From sequence record NC_048668.1: a stretch of 64,000 nucleotides of DNA, one strand, 5' to 3'. This document shows positions 38,764-49,651 of this stretch, piece after piece. The position numbers and the translations under genes are program-made. Position 1 is the first letter of the stretch, and the number at the start of each line of letters is the position of its first letter. The notes beneath the pieces are model-generated. The model saw nothing but the letters and a program-made list of their open reading frames with translations, was not told the DNA's origin and made no database searches.

Positions 38764-39801
38764 GTGACACTTAAGAAGAGCACATGGAGAACAAACAGTA
38801 CCATCCTGAACCCTAAACGGTTGGATGTACTGAATAAAGAACTGGAGGCATCTCAAGTAACAATCGAAGTACGCGTTGTTAACTTGTTGAACCACCCGGT
38901 TATGGTTAAAGAGAACAGCGGCAATCGTCATGTAGTAAATCCGAAGAACGTACCTGCTGCTGGTCGCTGTATTGCGATCAGTGTTGTATTTTCTTACGCC
39001 AACAGCTTAGTTAAAATTAACGCTGACCACGATTACTCTGAGGAGTACATTCACGATGTGCTCGAACGGTATAAGGGATTTGCTAGCGTCCATGTCGATG
39101 ACACGGATGTTTTCAATCGCTTTAATCGTAACTATTCTCGTCTGGTAATGGCTTTCGACGAGCGTAATCTGAAGTCCTTAGGTAATCTGCTGGAGATTGC
39201 AGAATGGGGTATTAGTATCGACTGTAGCAGAGATGCGGCGACTAGAACCCTAGAGTCTGAATTTATCGAGGCTCATTTACCGAATGTGAAACCCGATAAT
39301 GATTGTCGTTATAGTGGCGTATGTGTCACTTTAAACGATCCTGATAATCGGCTACCAAGAGCATTCTATCGGATTGGCAGTGAGGTATTCGAGATAGATC
39401 TAGATCGAACGGCCGGTTGTGAACCGGGCGTCGAGCTGGCTGCTTGGAACATCATGATGCCGTCGATGGTGCCGATGGAAGAAACTCGAATGAAGTTCTC
39501 TATCGACGAAGCATTGTCAGGGGAAAATCCATTGGGGTTGAAAGTATTCACATCTTTGGAAGAGGCTTATGCTTCTCCAGAAAACGAACTCAAACGAGTT
39601 AAGGACGAAGTAGCGAAAGAGAAAGTCAAACAGCGAGATGATAAGCGTACCAGTGTTCGAGAAGAAAAGCTGAAATTCGGTCATGGTATCCTTAAGATCT
39701 TTAATGAGGCCGTGAAGACTACGTTACCGATATTAGTGAGTTGGGGTGCCAAGTTGTTTGGTATCTTTAAACGTTCTTCTTCAATAATGGCTTTAATCTA
39801 A
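38764..39801 (+). CDS. Hypothetical protein (about 340 aa); true start may be ATG 38784 with an extra C at 38811-38813
   Basis: Clean ORF between MCP and nvRNAP gene; C-terminal coiled coil and amphipathic helix. Confidence 0.7.
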   Translation: MTLKKSTWRTNSTILNPKRLDVLNKELEASQVTIEVRVVNLLNHPVMVKENSGNRHVVNPKNVPAAGRCIAISVVFSYANSLVKINADHDYSEEYIHDVLERYKGFASVHVDDTDVFNRFNRNYSRLVMAFDERNLKSLGNLLEIAEWGISIDCSRDAATRTLESEFIEAHLPNVKPDNDCRYSGVCVTLNDPDNRLPRAFYRIGSEVFEIDLDRTAGCEPGVELAAWNIMMPSMVPMEETRMKFSIDEALSGENPLGLKVFTSLEEAYASPENELKRVKDEVAKEKVKQRDDKRTSVREEKLKFGHGILKIFNEAVKTTLPILVSWGAKLFGIFKRSSSIMALI

Positions 39802-39818
39802 CTGTGGAGTAATCGATT

Positions 39819-41432
39819 GTGGATAATCGCTTGTATCAAGACATCATAGCAGACCTTCCTCAGTTTAACCCAGATATCGCAAAGGGTTATTCTGTAAAGG
39901 ACATGGAAGACGCGGAGGAGTATATCCATCGTATCTTCGAATGTGCTTCTGCTGACTTCCCGCCTATCTTCAAATTTGTGGGACTCCGTAGACTAACGCC
40001 TGAAGAGGAACAGCGTGAAATCGAACGGACTAGCGAGCGAATCCCGGAACGTGATGTCTCTCAGACAGACGTTTACATGTGTGAGGCTATCTTCGACTTC
40101 GACGGTCAGAAGGTAACTCGTAATATCAACCTGCCGTATATGCGTGAAGCTGGCACGATCTTCCTGCGCGGAAGTCGTAGCACAATTCACCCGATCCTAG
40201 CCGACCTGGTGTTCAGCGTCTCCGACCTCGGTTTGTTTACGATGTTGTTGAGAGCTAAGTTTACCCTTACCCGCACCAACTATGGTGTCCTGAAGGATGG
40301 TGAGTCTATTACTCACTTCGTGGTAGCTGGGAACATTTACCAGAGCAAAGAGAGTGTTGCGGATTCCCGCAAGGCCAACAAAGTCGAATCGACTATTGGC
40401 CATTACCTGTTTTGCAAGTATGGCGTTACCGAGACATTCAAACGGTATTATGACACTGATGTCATTATCGAAGAGAAGCGTCCGGGACTATCGGAGATCT
40501 ATCCGGTAGAGGACTATGTAATGTTTACGACTATGGGTTTGCCGCCTCTCGAAAAACGACGCCGCGAACAGTCGGATTGGACTCCGACTAATCTAGTACT
40601 CATTATCCCTCGGGACAAATGTGAGGAACATCCAGGGGTATCTCTTCTGGCCACTCACTTCTTCTACGTAATCGATCAGTTCCCAAGCCGTTTCACTTTG
40701 GAACACATCGATCAAGATGGCACCTGGCGCATCGCAATGGGGTATATTTTACACCGCGCCAAAGAGAACGAAGGTAAGCTGCTTAACGAAATCGATAAGC
40801 ACTTAAACTCGCTCGACCGTTACGTCGACTATGAAACAAAACGTCACCTGGAAATGGAAGGTATTCAGGTAGACAATCTGTACGATCTGTTCGTTCATGT
40901 ACTTGACACGATTACAAGTCGTATTGTTAACGATAACTCTGGCCGTATGTGGGGTAAGCATTTATTAGTTAAACGTTATGCACTGTCCGGTATTACTGAA
41001 GCGATCTTTAACTTCACCTGGCAGCTGGAAAAAGAACGTGATTCTCTGACGTTCCGTAGACTGCGTTGGACATTGTCCCGCATGATTACTCCAGATGCAT
41101 TCCTGGGTATCCAAAGTAAACACGGGGAATTGGGTTCCGTCCAATATCCTGGTGATTGCATGATCTTCAAACACACCTGCGTCTCTATTCGTCAGATGAA
41201 CGCGGTGACGGGCAAAGGCAAAACGAAGAGCTTCAAACCTAACGAGCTCGCCTATCAACTCGACGGCTCTATTGCCGAAGCGGGCTCTGCCTGTAACTTT
41301 GCGAAAGGTTCTCCTGATGGCCGTAGTCGTCTTAACATGTTCCTCCACATCGACAAAAATGGACGTATCGTCCGTAACCCAGATCTGGTGGAACTTATCG
41401 ACCAAGCCCAGAAAGAAATTTCGAAATACTAA
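39819..41432 (+). CDS. Non-virion RNA polymerase beta-like subunit (phiKZ gp123-like)
   Basis: LPQFNPDIAKGY, RNINLPYMREAGTIFLRGS and PDGRSRLNMF motifs; 537 aa; synteny after MCP. Confidence 0.8.
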   Translation: MDNRLYQDIIADLPQFNPDIAKGYSVKDMEDAEEYIHRIFECASADFPPIFKFVGLRRLTPEEEQREIERTSERIPERDVSQTDVYMCEAIFDFDGQKVTRNINLPYMREAGTIFLRGSRSTIHPILADLVFSVSDLGLFTMLLRAKFTLTRTNYGVLKDGESITHFVVAGNIYQSKESVADSRKANKVESTIGHYLFCKYGVTETFKRYYDTDVIIEEKRPGLSEIYPVEDYVMFTTMGLPPLEKRRREQSDWTPTNLVLIIPRDKCEEHPGVSLLATHFFYVIDQFPSRFTLEHIDQDGTWRIAMGYILHRAKENEGKLLNEIDKHLNSLDRYVDYETKRHLEMEGIQVDNLYDLFVHVLDTITSRIVNDNSGRMWGKHLLVKRYALSGITEAIFNFTWQLEKERDSLTFRRLRWTLSRMITPDAFLGIQSKHGELGSVQYPGDCMIFKHTCVSIRQMNAVTGKGKTKSFKPNELAYQLDGSIAEAGSACNFAKGSPDGRSRLNMFLHIDKNGRIVRNPDLVELIDQAQKEISKY

Positions 41433-41464
41433 TTTAAATCTTAAGTCTTGCTAGGAGTAGTAAA

Positions 41465-43648
41465 ATGAGTGACTATAAATTTTCCGATCGTGACGTTGCT
41501 AATTTCGTTAAAGAAATCCTCGACACTGAATCTCGCCGTAATGAACTGATCGGCTATCTGGACGATCTGACTCGTGATCGTCGTTCAGATGTTGGTGAGA
41601 AGCTGATGCGTTATGCAATCAGCGCTTATGCTCTGGAATATAACCGTACTAAGAAGTCTTCCGAAGACATCGTGTACGATCTGGTTCTGTGGTATGCAGC
41701 TGCCCGTGCAGCAGACGACCGTGGGTTCACTCGTAACCTGAGCAATGCTGAAATGGATGACCTGGCCGATATGGGTCGCATGGCTCTGGAGATCATCGAT
41801 GAGCTGGCAGAGATGAACGAATCTCGTGGCCGTGGTTATGGTCGTGATGATCGTCGTGGTGGTGGCCGTGAAAGTTCCTTCGGTCGCGCAGCACGCGAAC
41901 AAGATCGTCGCGGTTATTCTGCCGGTGGTTCTCGTGGTTATGGCGGCGGTCGTCAGGAAGGTTATCGTTCCGACTATAGCTCTGCTGCAGCCCGTGGTGT
42001 AGATCAACGTGCTCCGCAACGTCCAGTCTATGGCGAACGTACCCATGCTCGAGAAGAGGCTCAGCCACGCGTCAAAACTGCATTGGATGTTATGGCAGAG
42101 ATGCACCTGAAACGCCGTCAAGCTGAAGCGGGCATTCAGGAACCGGAACCTCAACCACGTCGTCAGGAACGTCGTGTAGAGGAACCAACTCGCCGTGAAC
42201 TTGCAACTCGTAATCCAGTAGACGCAGTTCGTCGTAACCATGCACCTGCTTACGAGCGTGTAACTCCTGAAACCATCACCAGCAAACCAGAGTGGACTGC
42301 TGACCCGAATGGCCCAGTAGCAGGTAACGCTGACTTCATCCCAGATGACATCGGTCAGTGGGGCACTACTGAAAGCGGTAAAGTTCTGCCAAGTCCTGAG
42401 CGTCCTATCACTCAGTACGAAATCCTGAACAACTGCTATGACCTGAACGATATCGAAGTTGTGGAAGCAATTCCAGAACGTCCACGTTTCAGTTGCAACG
42501 GTGCAGCCCCTTCCTGGGAAGCTGATGAAGTAGCGCCACAATGGAGCATCAACAAAGACGGTTATCGTGTACTGGCTTTCCGTAAACTGTCTGAAGAGGA
42601 AAAAGAGAAAGTGCGTAAAGAAATCCACACTATGCCGGAAATCATCGGCGTACGTAATGGCCCAGGTAAATCTCATCCACAACGCGAAGCTATTCTGCTG
42701 GCAGCTGGTAAAACCACCCGCTTCAATCTGGAAGAAGCACGTCGTCGTGAAGAAGAAGCTCGTAAAGAGTGGGAAGACGTTGTAGCTGTTCTGAAAGCAG
42801 AAAACGAAACTCTGCCAGAAGAAGAGCAAAAACCAATCCCGGATCTGGATCTGAGCGATTACAAACCGACTATCGACGAAACTGTGAAAGTAGGTAAAGT
42901 GATCAAGGCATTCGGCCACGATGCGCTGGAAGTTAAGATCATGGATCTGCGTACTGAGCTGGATACCGAATCCTCTCTGGATCTGCGTACTGAAAACTAT
43001 CGTCCTCTGCACGATGCCGGTTCCGCTGAAGCAGCGCGTGAAATGATCGAAGGTCTGCGTGGTCTGGTGATCACTGGTTCTCCGGTCTCTAACGTAACTC
43101 TGCCGCAGATGCTGCGTAGCTTCGAAAATCGCGTAGATGGTCTGCCAGGTCATCTGATCGTGTTCATCAAGCGCCACATCGTGAATGTCATCAACGATAT
43201 CCTGGGCATGGAAATGGGCAGTACTCTGACCATCGACGACGTTAACGATCTGCGTACTATCGAAGCAGATATGGTTAAAATCGCCGGTGAAGAGTTCGCT
43301 GCTAAGTTCTCCGAAACGGTTAACGAAAACATCCGTCGTTTCGAGTTCCTGACTACTGGTGAAGATATGGGTAAACCAACCTATATCGTTAGCAAGAAAT
43401 CTTCCGGCGTTCTGACCCTGCCGATGACTATTGCTGACATCAGCATGAAGAAACGTCCTGGTATCAAACTGATGTCTACCACGGTAAACCGTGATAGTGC
43501 ACCAAAACTGTATCAAGCCCTGAACATGATGAACATGGCTCACGGTGGTTTCAACAAAGAGCTGTATCTGGCCGACGGCACCTGGGTTACTGTAACCAAA
43601 GATGCTATGGCTAAAGGTCAGTTCGTACTGGCTTACAAAACCGCATAA
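41465..43648 (+). CDS. Conserved hypothetical protein (727 aa) with RGG/RGY-rich low-complexity region
   Basis: GGAG RBS; GRGYGRDDRRGGGR...SRGYGGGRQEGY; folded N- and C-terminal regions. Confidence 0.8.
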   Translation: MSDYKFSDRDVANFVKEILDTESRRNELIGYLDDLTRDRRSDVGEKLMRYAISAYALEYNRTKKSSEDIVYDLVLWYAAARAADDRGFTRNLSNAEMDDLADMGRMALEIIDELAEMNESRGRGYGRDDRRGGGRESSFGRAAREQDRRGYSAGGSRGYGGGRQEGYRSDYSSAAARGVDQRAPQRPVYGERTHAREEAQPRVKTALDVMAEMHLKRRQAEAGIQEPEPQPRRQERRVEEPTRRELATRNPVDAVRRNHAPAYERVTPETITSKPEWTADPNGPVAGNADFIPDDIGQWGTTESGKVLPSPERPITQYEILNNCYDLNDIEVVEAIPERPRFSCNGAAPSWEADEVAPQWSINKDGYRVLAFRKLSEEEKEKVRKEIHTMPEIIGVRNGPGKSHPQREAILLAAGKTTRFNLEEARRREEEARKEWEDVVAVLKAENETLPEEEQKPIPDLDLSDYKPTIDETVKVGKVIKAFGHDALEVKIMDLRTELDTESSLDLRTENYRPLHDAGSAEAAREMIEGLRGLVITGSPVSNVTLPQMLRSFENRVDGLPGHLIVFIKRHIVNVINDILGMEMGSTLTIDDVNDLRTIEADMVKIAGEEFAAKFSETVNENIRRFEFLTTGEDMGKPTYIVSKKSSGVLTLPMTIADISMKKRPGIKLMSTTVNRDSAPKLYQALNMMNMAHGGFNKELYLADGTWVTVTKDAMAKGQFVLAYKTA

Positions 43649-43730
43649 TCCACTTAATATGTAGCGTGTGCTCTCGTCGGTGATCCGGCGAGGGCTTCAC
43701 GTCAACTATGAGAGACCCAAGGAGGTCCAA

Positions 43731-44096
43731 ATGAACACCAATTATACTACCGCTAGTAACGTCCTTTCTTTCGTTCAAAACCTGTATGCGGACGAAGCAC
43801 GCCGCTACGGCATTAAGGTAGCGCGTCACTCTGACGTAGAACTGAACCAGTTCTTTAAAGTAATGGATCTTAACGGTCTGTTGAAAGATGCACTGGACAG
43901 CGTTGTGAAATACATCCAGACTTACGAGTCTGTTCACAATGCCGGTGAGAAGTACAAATCCATCCTTCTGCCTGATGCTGTAGGTTCCGCTTACCGCACC
44001 ATGCTGTTGATCACTCGTCTGACTAAAGAAGGTTACAACGTTAACTTTGCTGTAGAAGACGAAAACGGTTTCAGCTCCCTGCTGAAGACTAAATGA
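43731..44096 (+). CDS. Hypothetical protein (121 aa)
   Basis: AAGGAGG RBS before ATG 43731. Confidence 0.75.
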   Translation: MNTNYTTASNVLSFVQNLYADEARRYGIKVARHSDVELNQFFKVMDLNGLLKDALDSVVKYIQTYESVHNAGEKYKSILLPDAVGSAYRTMLLITRLTKEGYNVNFAVEDENGFSSLLKTK

Positions 44097-44099
44097 CAA

Positions 44100-44133
44100 A
44101 ATAGAGTAGAGGCCAAATGGCCTCTACTCTGTG
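44100..44133. terminator. Bidirectional terminator hairpin
   Basis: ATAGAGTAGAGGCC-AAAT-GGCCTCTACTCTGT between convergent genes. Confidence 0.8.
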
Positions 44134-44160
44134 TCAGCTATTCAGCTTTTCTTTTTTTGC

Positions 44161-46961
44161 TCAGGGTGGTGCCAGGTTGTCGCCTTCAGCATCTTGGAAC
44201 GGATCTTCGTTTGCACGGTCACCGCCAAATTCATCTTCACGACTACCGAAGTCATTACCGCCCAGGTCACCTTCTCCGAAGTCTTCGAACTCGTCTGAAC
44301 CCGTATCGAATTCTGAGTCACTGGAGCTATTGTCGCTACCCCAATCACTACCGCCTCCGAAACCGCCTTGGTTAGCGTTTTCAATTGCTTGACTCAAGTC
44401 AGGGTTAGTTTCCTTCGTAACTTCCAAGCGGTTCTCACGGAGCTGACGAATAACTGCAGCGGTGTCGCCCAGGTTATGTACCAGGTTAGCCATGTGCGCA
44501 TTCAGCTCTTTAGAGAAGTCAATCGCAGGGTTATCTTCGCTACCTACACGAGTCAGTTCACTCAGACCAAAGTCCATCCCCGTCTTAGCCAGGTACTCAC
44601 GTTTGAAGTAAGCGGCCACGTTAGCTTTGAGGTGATTGATCTTATCTTGGTCTTCGTCACCCAGAGATGGCCCGATGAGTTCTGGAGAGATGTAGTTCTC
44701 AACCATGTCATCAATCCATTGAGAGACTTTGTCGTATTCTTCTTTCTGGTTCTCGATCCGGTTAGATTCAGGACGAGGAAGTTCCAGATAAAGGACGCGG
44801 AAGAACTCTTCAATGGCATCGGTATATTGCAGTGAGTATGGGTTATCCATATCGTTGCAACGGTACTCTTCTGGGAGCTGGTCGTTGTGTTCACGGAAGA
44901 TCTCTTGGATGCGCCCAACCAACGTACCGTCAGACAAAGTATAAGACTTAACAAACTTCTTACCGTGTTTGCAAGTGTCATCCTGAATCATCATGATACG
45001 TTTTGCGTAAAGCTGGTTAGTTGTCCAGCGAGAGATAGCAAAGTCTGCCTGGGTAGTCATGTCCACCATTTCAGGTGGTTACGAACAGACCCATGTATTG
45101 CTGACGTTGCAATTCACGAGAGAACTCTGGATCGATTTGTTGACGTTGAGATTGGAACTCAGAAACATCGACTGTCGTGTTAGGCATACGCGGGTTACCT
45201 TGGACTTCAATAACCACACCCATGGAACGAATAACACGGAACATCTCAGCAGCAGACGTTACGTCTGTCGGAGTACCGCCAGCCTGTTGACGCATGAACT
45301 CATCGATCATGACGTGATACGCTTTGTCCGGATCAGGGTCACGAGGGTCAATGTTCATGGTAACTTTAGTACGGCCAACTGCGTTTTTAACCCCGGCCAT
45401 GAAGTTAGCAAAGGTTGTCATTGCACGCAGAGCGGATACTTGCTTGATGTCAATCCATCAGGGATTTACCCATGCCGTTCTTGTCGTAGTCGTATGCAAA
45501 GTACGCAACGTTCTCAACAGGTACGAATACCATGTGAGTACGCTGGTTAGCAAACTTACGGAACAGGAACAGACGCATGATATCTTCGTTCCAACCCAAC
45601 TTAACGTTACGGCCAAGCAAACCGTTTTTAATACGGTTAAGTACGTTCTCTTCCAGAACCTGGTCGAAGATACGTACACGCTCAGCGGCGTTAGTTTTAT
45701 CAGCATCGTAACAAAGACCGGAACCCAACATCTTAGTCTGTTGAATAAGTGAAGAGGTCTGGTTCATCTGACTATCGCCGTTAAGACCATTGTTACCGTT
45801 CTTAACAGCACGAGCGATCTCGTCGGTTACATCCAACGGGTGACCAAGTTCATCCAGGAGAATAATGTAGCCTAAGTGGTTGCGAGGCTCACCTTTAGGG
45901 AAGCACGGAATACAAGATTCACTTGGTACTTTAATAACCAGCGGGTGACCAATAGAAGAACGAGAAGCTTCAGCCGCCGTTGTCATTACCTTAACACGTT
46001 CCATCGCACTACCGTTGTCGCGATAGAGGCTGTTGGCAAGGGTGCGGATCTCCTTGATATGACCGTTACCGCCGCTAAAGGACTCGTTGGAAATACGAGT
46101 AGTCGAACGGAAAGAACGGTTCATTCGCTTCTGGTTGATCCGGTCACGAACCTTACCTAAACCGAGAACTGCAATGTTATCGGTAATGGTACACGCGTCG
46201 TTAATGCGCGTAGGTGTTTCACGGTCACCGGCTGGGTTCCAGAAGAAGTTTTCCATGCTAGGAGTGCTGACTTCGCGTCGCTTCTCTTTCTTGGCTTCTT
46301 CTTCAGTAAGACCTGGGTCGCCCAAGATACCTTTACCTGTATGTTTCAACGTACCGTCTTTAAACTGTGATGCAATGTGGGCCGCGTACATTTCGTCGGT
46401 CATTGCAGCAGATTCGTTAGAGACGCCGTTATAGGTACGGTCGTTGATGATATCGTCGATTACTGCTTCAGGAACGATAACGCCAATCCAAGCACCGTAG
46501 TCGAACAATGCTTCACCGATGATCTCCGGCAGTTTATCGCGGAGAGGGTAATAACCACCATCACCGAAATGTTCGCGGATAACTTCCGTGATTTCATTCA
46601 GTATAGTAGGACGAATTTCTGAATCTTCTGTTTTAAAGACCAGCTCGCCGTCGAACATGTCTACAGGAGAAAGGGTGGTGGAAATGATCATTTGTTTGAT
46701 CAGTTTCAAATCGCTACTCAGCTGCAGGATAGTTTCTGCATCCAAGTTCTTCTGAGCACGGTTTCCGACGATGTGGTCGAAAATAGTCTCATTATGTACC
46801 TTAACACCTTCACCCTGGCTATGATCACCGGTTAAATGGTCACGTACCATCTTCGTCATGATAGACGTGGCAGCAGGCGTATTTTCTAACCATTTCGTGG
46901 GTTTACTCCGAACACTCGTATCGGGACCACTACTGGTAAGAGTAGGTTTCTTCATTATCAT
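44161..46961 (-). CDS. Portal protein (phiKZ gp129-like), about 930 aa, split by probable insertions at 45452-45453 and 45079-45080
   Basis: Three consecutive ORFs join as KSLMD/DIKQVSALRAM and GLFV/PPEMVDM; HPLVIKVPSESCIP..GEPRNHLGYIILLDE.G motif; divergent from the baseplate gene. Confidence 0.75.
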
Positions 46962-47014
46962 GATTTACCAAATCCTTATTTCTCTCATGTGTTCGCATAA
47001 AGACAGGAGGCCGC

Positions 47015-49585
47015 ATGGCGGATACCACGCAACGATTGTACGTTGATGGCGCAATGAGTCTAGCGCAGACGATGACAATCAAGTTCAACGCCGGTGCGGT
47101 AGCGATCAACAATTATTTAACCGAAATAGGTTACACCGTTGACCCTAATGTTCCATCCACTTGGCGTTACTACATGAACCTTGCTGGCAAGTATCATGTC
47201 AGTAATCAGCAAATGAAAGTGACCTCCTTGGACACCTTGGAGGAGATTGACTTCACATATGATAACCTCTTAATCCACCGAGCTACTAAAGCAGCCTATA
47301 AGTACGGTTCCCGTTACTACAATGAACTTGTAGAACAATACCCAGAACAGGAATTGCTAATTAGGGGCGTTTTATGGCCAGTGGATATTGACAAGGCGAT
47401 TGATGCCAAGGACTTCACTATCCTTTATTACGATAGTGACGAGGTTGATCCCAATGAAACGTATTTGATCCAGGATCTCCAAGAATGGATTTACCGGTTT
47501 ACGTATCGTTGGTATCTAGTATTTGCTGCAGCTGTACAAAAATATTACCCGGCGACGTTTTTTGGGACTTTATTTATTCACCTGGTTGGCGAGATAATCA
47601 GTATTCGTGAGAACTATTGCCGTACTCAATACGTGCATAGCTATCACCTTTGGGCGTACCTTGGTTCACACGGTCGTCTGAATGCGTACAAGGATTACGT
47701 CAACATCACCCAGGCGTTGTGGTTGTACCGTAATATTCGCTACATCGATAACCACGCCGGTAAAACGACTACCTTCGATGATCTTATCCTTAATATCCTG
47801 ACAGCCCGTAACATCCCGCTGACAGCTTATTTCCTGCGCCATAACTCGAAGGATGTTCCTGAGTCTATTCTCCCTGAAGGGGAAGTAGCTAAGGATCCTA
47901 AGAACTACCTGGCAGAGTCCGTTCAAGGTATCGAACGAATCTCAATTGGGGAAGCTCTGGATAACGAAGTTAACTCGGCTAAGGATAACGATAAGTATCT
48001 GGCCAAGCAGAAAATCGATGTTCCTATTCGAGTCGCTAACGCCATTACCGGTGAGCTACCTACTAAGGTACTCGAGTCGGTCATGATTGACCGTTCAGAT
48101 TCTGTACCGCACAAGTTTGTTGATACGTTAATGGGTGAGTGGATCTATCTGGCGACTGAAGGTCGTTACGTAGCAAACATCACCATCCCTAACCCGGCTA
48201 CGCAAGAAGCCATGTCGATGACGGTAAGGGAAGCATTGATCCTTTGGGTCTACTGTGCGATGCGTCAGTTTGAAATGGTACTGGAAGACGTCCCTGATCT
48301 GACAGCCTGGTTTGTGCAACGTCTAGCGGCTCCTGAGTTCTCTGAACTGCGTGGTGTGTGCGAACCTAAGTATGTTAGTGAAGCGGCTATCTTGATGGCT
48401 CTGACTGAGCATACTCCGGTGTCTACTATTATCTCGACTGAAGCGTTCTACAACACTGTAGCTCAGATTCAAAGTAACATTAACGCCCATCGCGTCATGT
48501 ACACGCGTCAGCAAGACTTCCGTGCTCGTGGTCAGATGGAAGTGATGACCAATCGCTTTTACATCAACAAGAAATGTCAGTTGTCAGCCACACCGATTAA
48601 ATACGCAGACTGGTTCCACACCAAGAACTGGGATATGGAGTTGAGTTCCCCTGAAGCGTATTCCGATTTCTGTTTCCAGCTAATAGAAGTTGCAACGGGT
48701 GCTAACTTGCGCTCGACAATATCGGTGTCCGATGTACACAGCGCCATGATAGCGATCATGACTCAGCTGTCTAGTTACTCTGTACAGTACGTCCACAAAA
48801 CTAACGCATCTCCAAACATCATTGTTGATAACTTGGCGATTCGTTTCGGTGGCATTGAGTCTCGTCCTAGCGCTGACTTTAAAATTGACCAACGCGTTGA
48901 AATCATTAACCAGTACCAACGTGGTAAACTCTCTCCTGACAAGTCTGCATTTGAAGGGATTGAGATTGGCTCGAAGTATATTCATGCGCCACACTTCTAC
49001 CGTGTGTTCTCGTCCGTTGACTTCCTGCCAGATACCCATGTTGCTACTCGTCACCAGATTGAGATCGCTGAGGTTAGGTTCAAAGGTTCGCTTGCTAAAG
49101 ATATCGGTCTTGAGATCAGTAAACATGATCTTGACGGACTGTGGCTTTATCTGGCAACCGCTCGTCCAATTAACGAAGTCATCACTAACCCAAGGTTACC
49201 TGGGTTGTGGGTACGCGTACCTCGTGAAGATGAGTACTTACCTAACGAGATTACCAAAACCGATATTGAAGGACTGTGGACGAATGTTATCCCTGGCCCA
49301 GAGAAATTGGTCATTGGCAATAAACCACTCCCAGGTCTGTGGTTAGAGCCTATCGTTCCTTACGAGTTGGAAGACTTTAAAGAACGTCTCGAAGGTTTCG
49401 ATCCACCTGAACCATTTAAACCAACTACGTTGGCTGATGGTTTCGATGAGAATCTGGGTGGCTTCGTTGGGTACATTGAACCTGAGTTTGACCTCTTCAA
49501 TATAGAGGAAGAACTTCCTGGCTTCGATTCGCCTGATAGCGAACCAAAAGCACCTTACGATTTCTCTGCTTTGTTTGGCGAGTAA
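47015..49585 (+). CDS. Baseplate structural protein (phiKZ gp128/130-region-like), 856 aa, with C-terminal L-x-G-[LF] repeats
   Basis: WRYYMNLAGKYH, YPEQELLIRG, VHSYHLWAYLGSHG and QALWLYRNIRYI motifs; 7 terminal repeats. Confidence 0.7.
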   Translation: MADTTQRLYVDGAMSLAQTMTIKFNAGAVAINNYLTEIGYTVDPNVPSTWRYYMNLAGKYHVSNQQMKVTSLDTLEEIDFTYDNLLIHRATKAAYKYGSRYYNELVEQYPEQELLIRGVLWPVDIDKAIDAKDFTILYYDSDEVDPNETYLIQDLQEWIYRFTYRWYLVFAAAVQKYYPATFFGTLFIHLVGEIISIRENYCRTQYVHSYHLWAYLGSHGRLNAYKDYVNITQALWLYRNIRYIDNHAGKTTTFDDLILNILTARNIPLTAYFLRHNSKDVPESILPEGEVAKDPKNYLAESVQGIERISIGEALDNEVNSAKDNDKYLAKQKIDVPIRVANAITGELPTKVLESVMIDRSDSVPHKFVDTLMGEWIYLATEGRYVANITIPNPATQEAMSMTVREALILWVYCAMRQFEMVLEDVPDLTAWFVQRLAAPEFSELRGVCEPKYVSEAAILMALTEHTPVSTIISTEAFYNTVAQIQSNINAHRVMYTRQQDFRARGQMEVMTNRFYINKKCQLSATPIKYADWFHTKNWDMELSSPEAYSDFCFQLIEVATGANLRSTISVSDVHSAMIAIMTQLSSYSVQYVHKTNASPNIIVDNLAIRFGGIESRPSADFKIDQRVEIINQYQRGKLSPDKSAFEGIEIGSKYIHAPHFYRVFSSVDFLPDTHVATRHQIEIAEVRFKGSLAKDIGLEISKHDLDGLWLYLATARPINEVITNPRLPGLWVRVPREDEYLPNEITKTDIEGLWTNVIPGPEKLVIGNKPLPGLWLEPIVPYELEDFKERLEGFDPPEPFKPTTLADGFDENLGGFVGYIEPEFDLFNIEEELPGFDSPDSEPKAPYDFSALFGE
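49120..49540 (+). repeat. Seven protein-level repeats (D/P/E-L-x-G-[LF]-W/D)
   Basis: HDLDGLWLY, PRLPGLWVR, TDIEGLWTN, KPLPGLWLE, ERLEGFDPP, ENLGGFVGY, EELPGFDSP. Confidence 0.8.
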
Positions 49586-49651
49586 TCTTAACGACCAAGG
49601 ATGGTTGTTATGTTAATATTTCAGCTAATGTAACGCCTATCGGAGTCAACA

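Noticed and set aside
44142-44163. Portal TGA readthrough (PP*AKKEKLNS)
   Set aside because: Better explained by an extra C giving APPEQKKKS*; the extension has no recognisable motif, unlike the MCP case.
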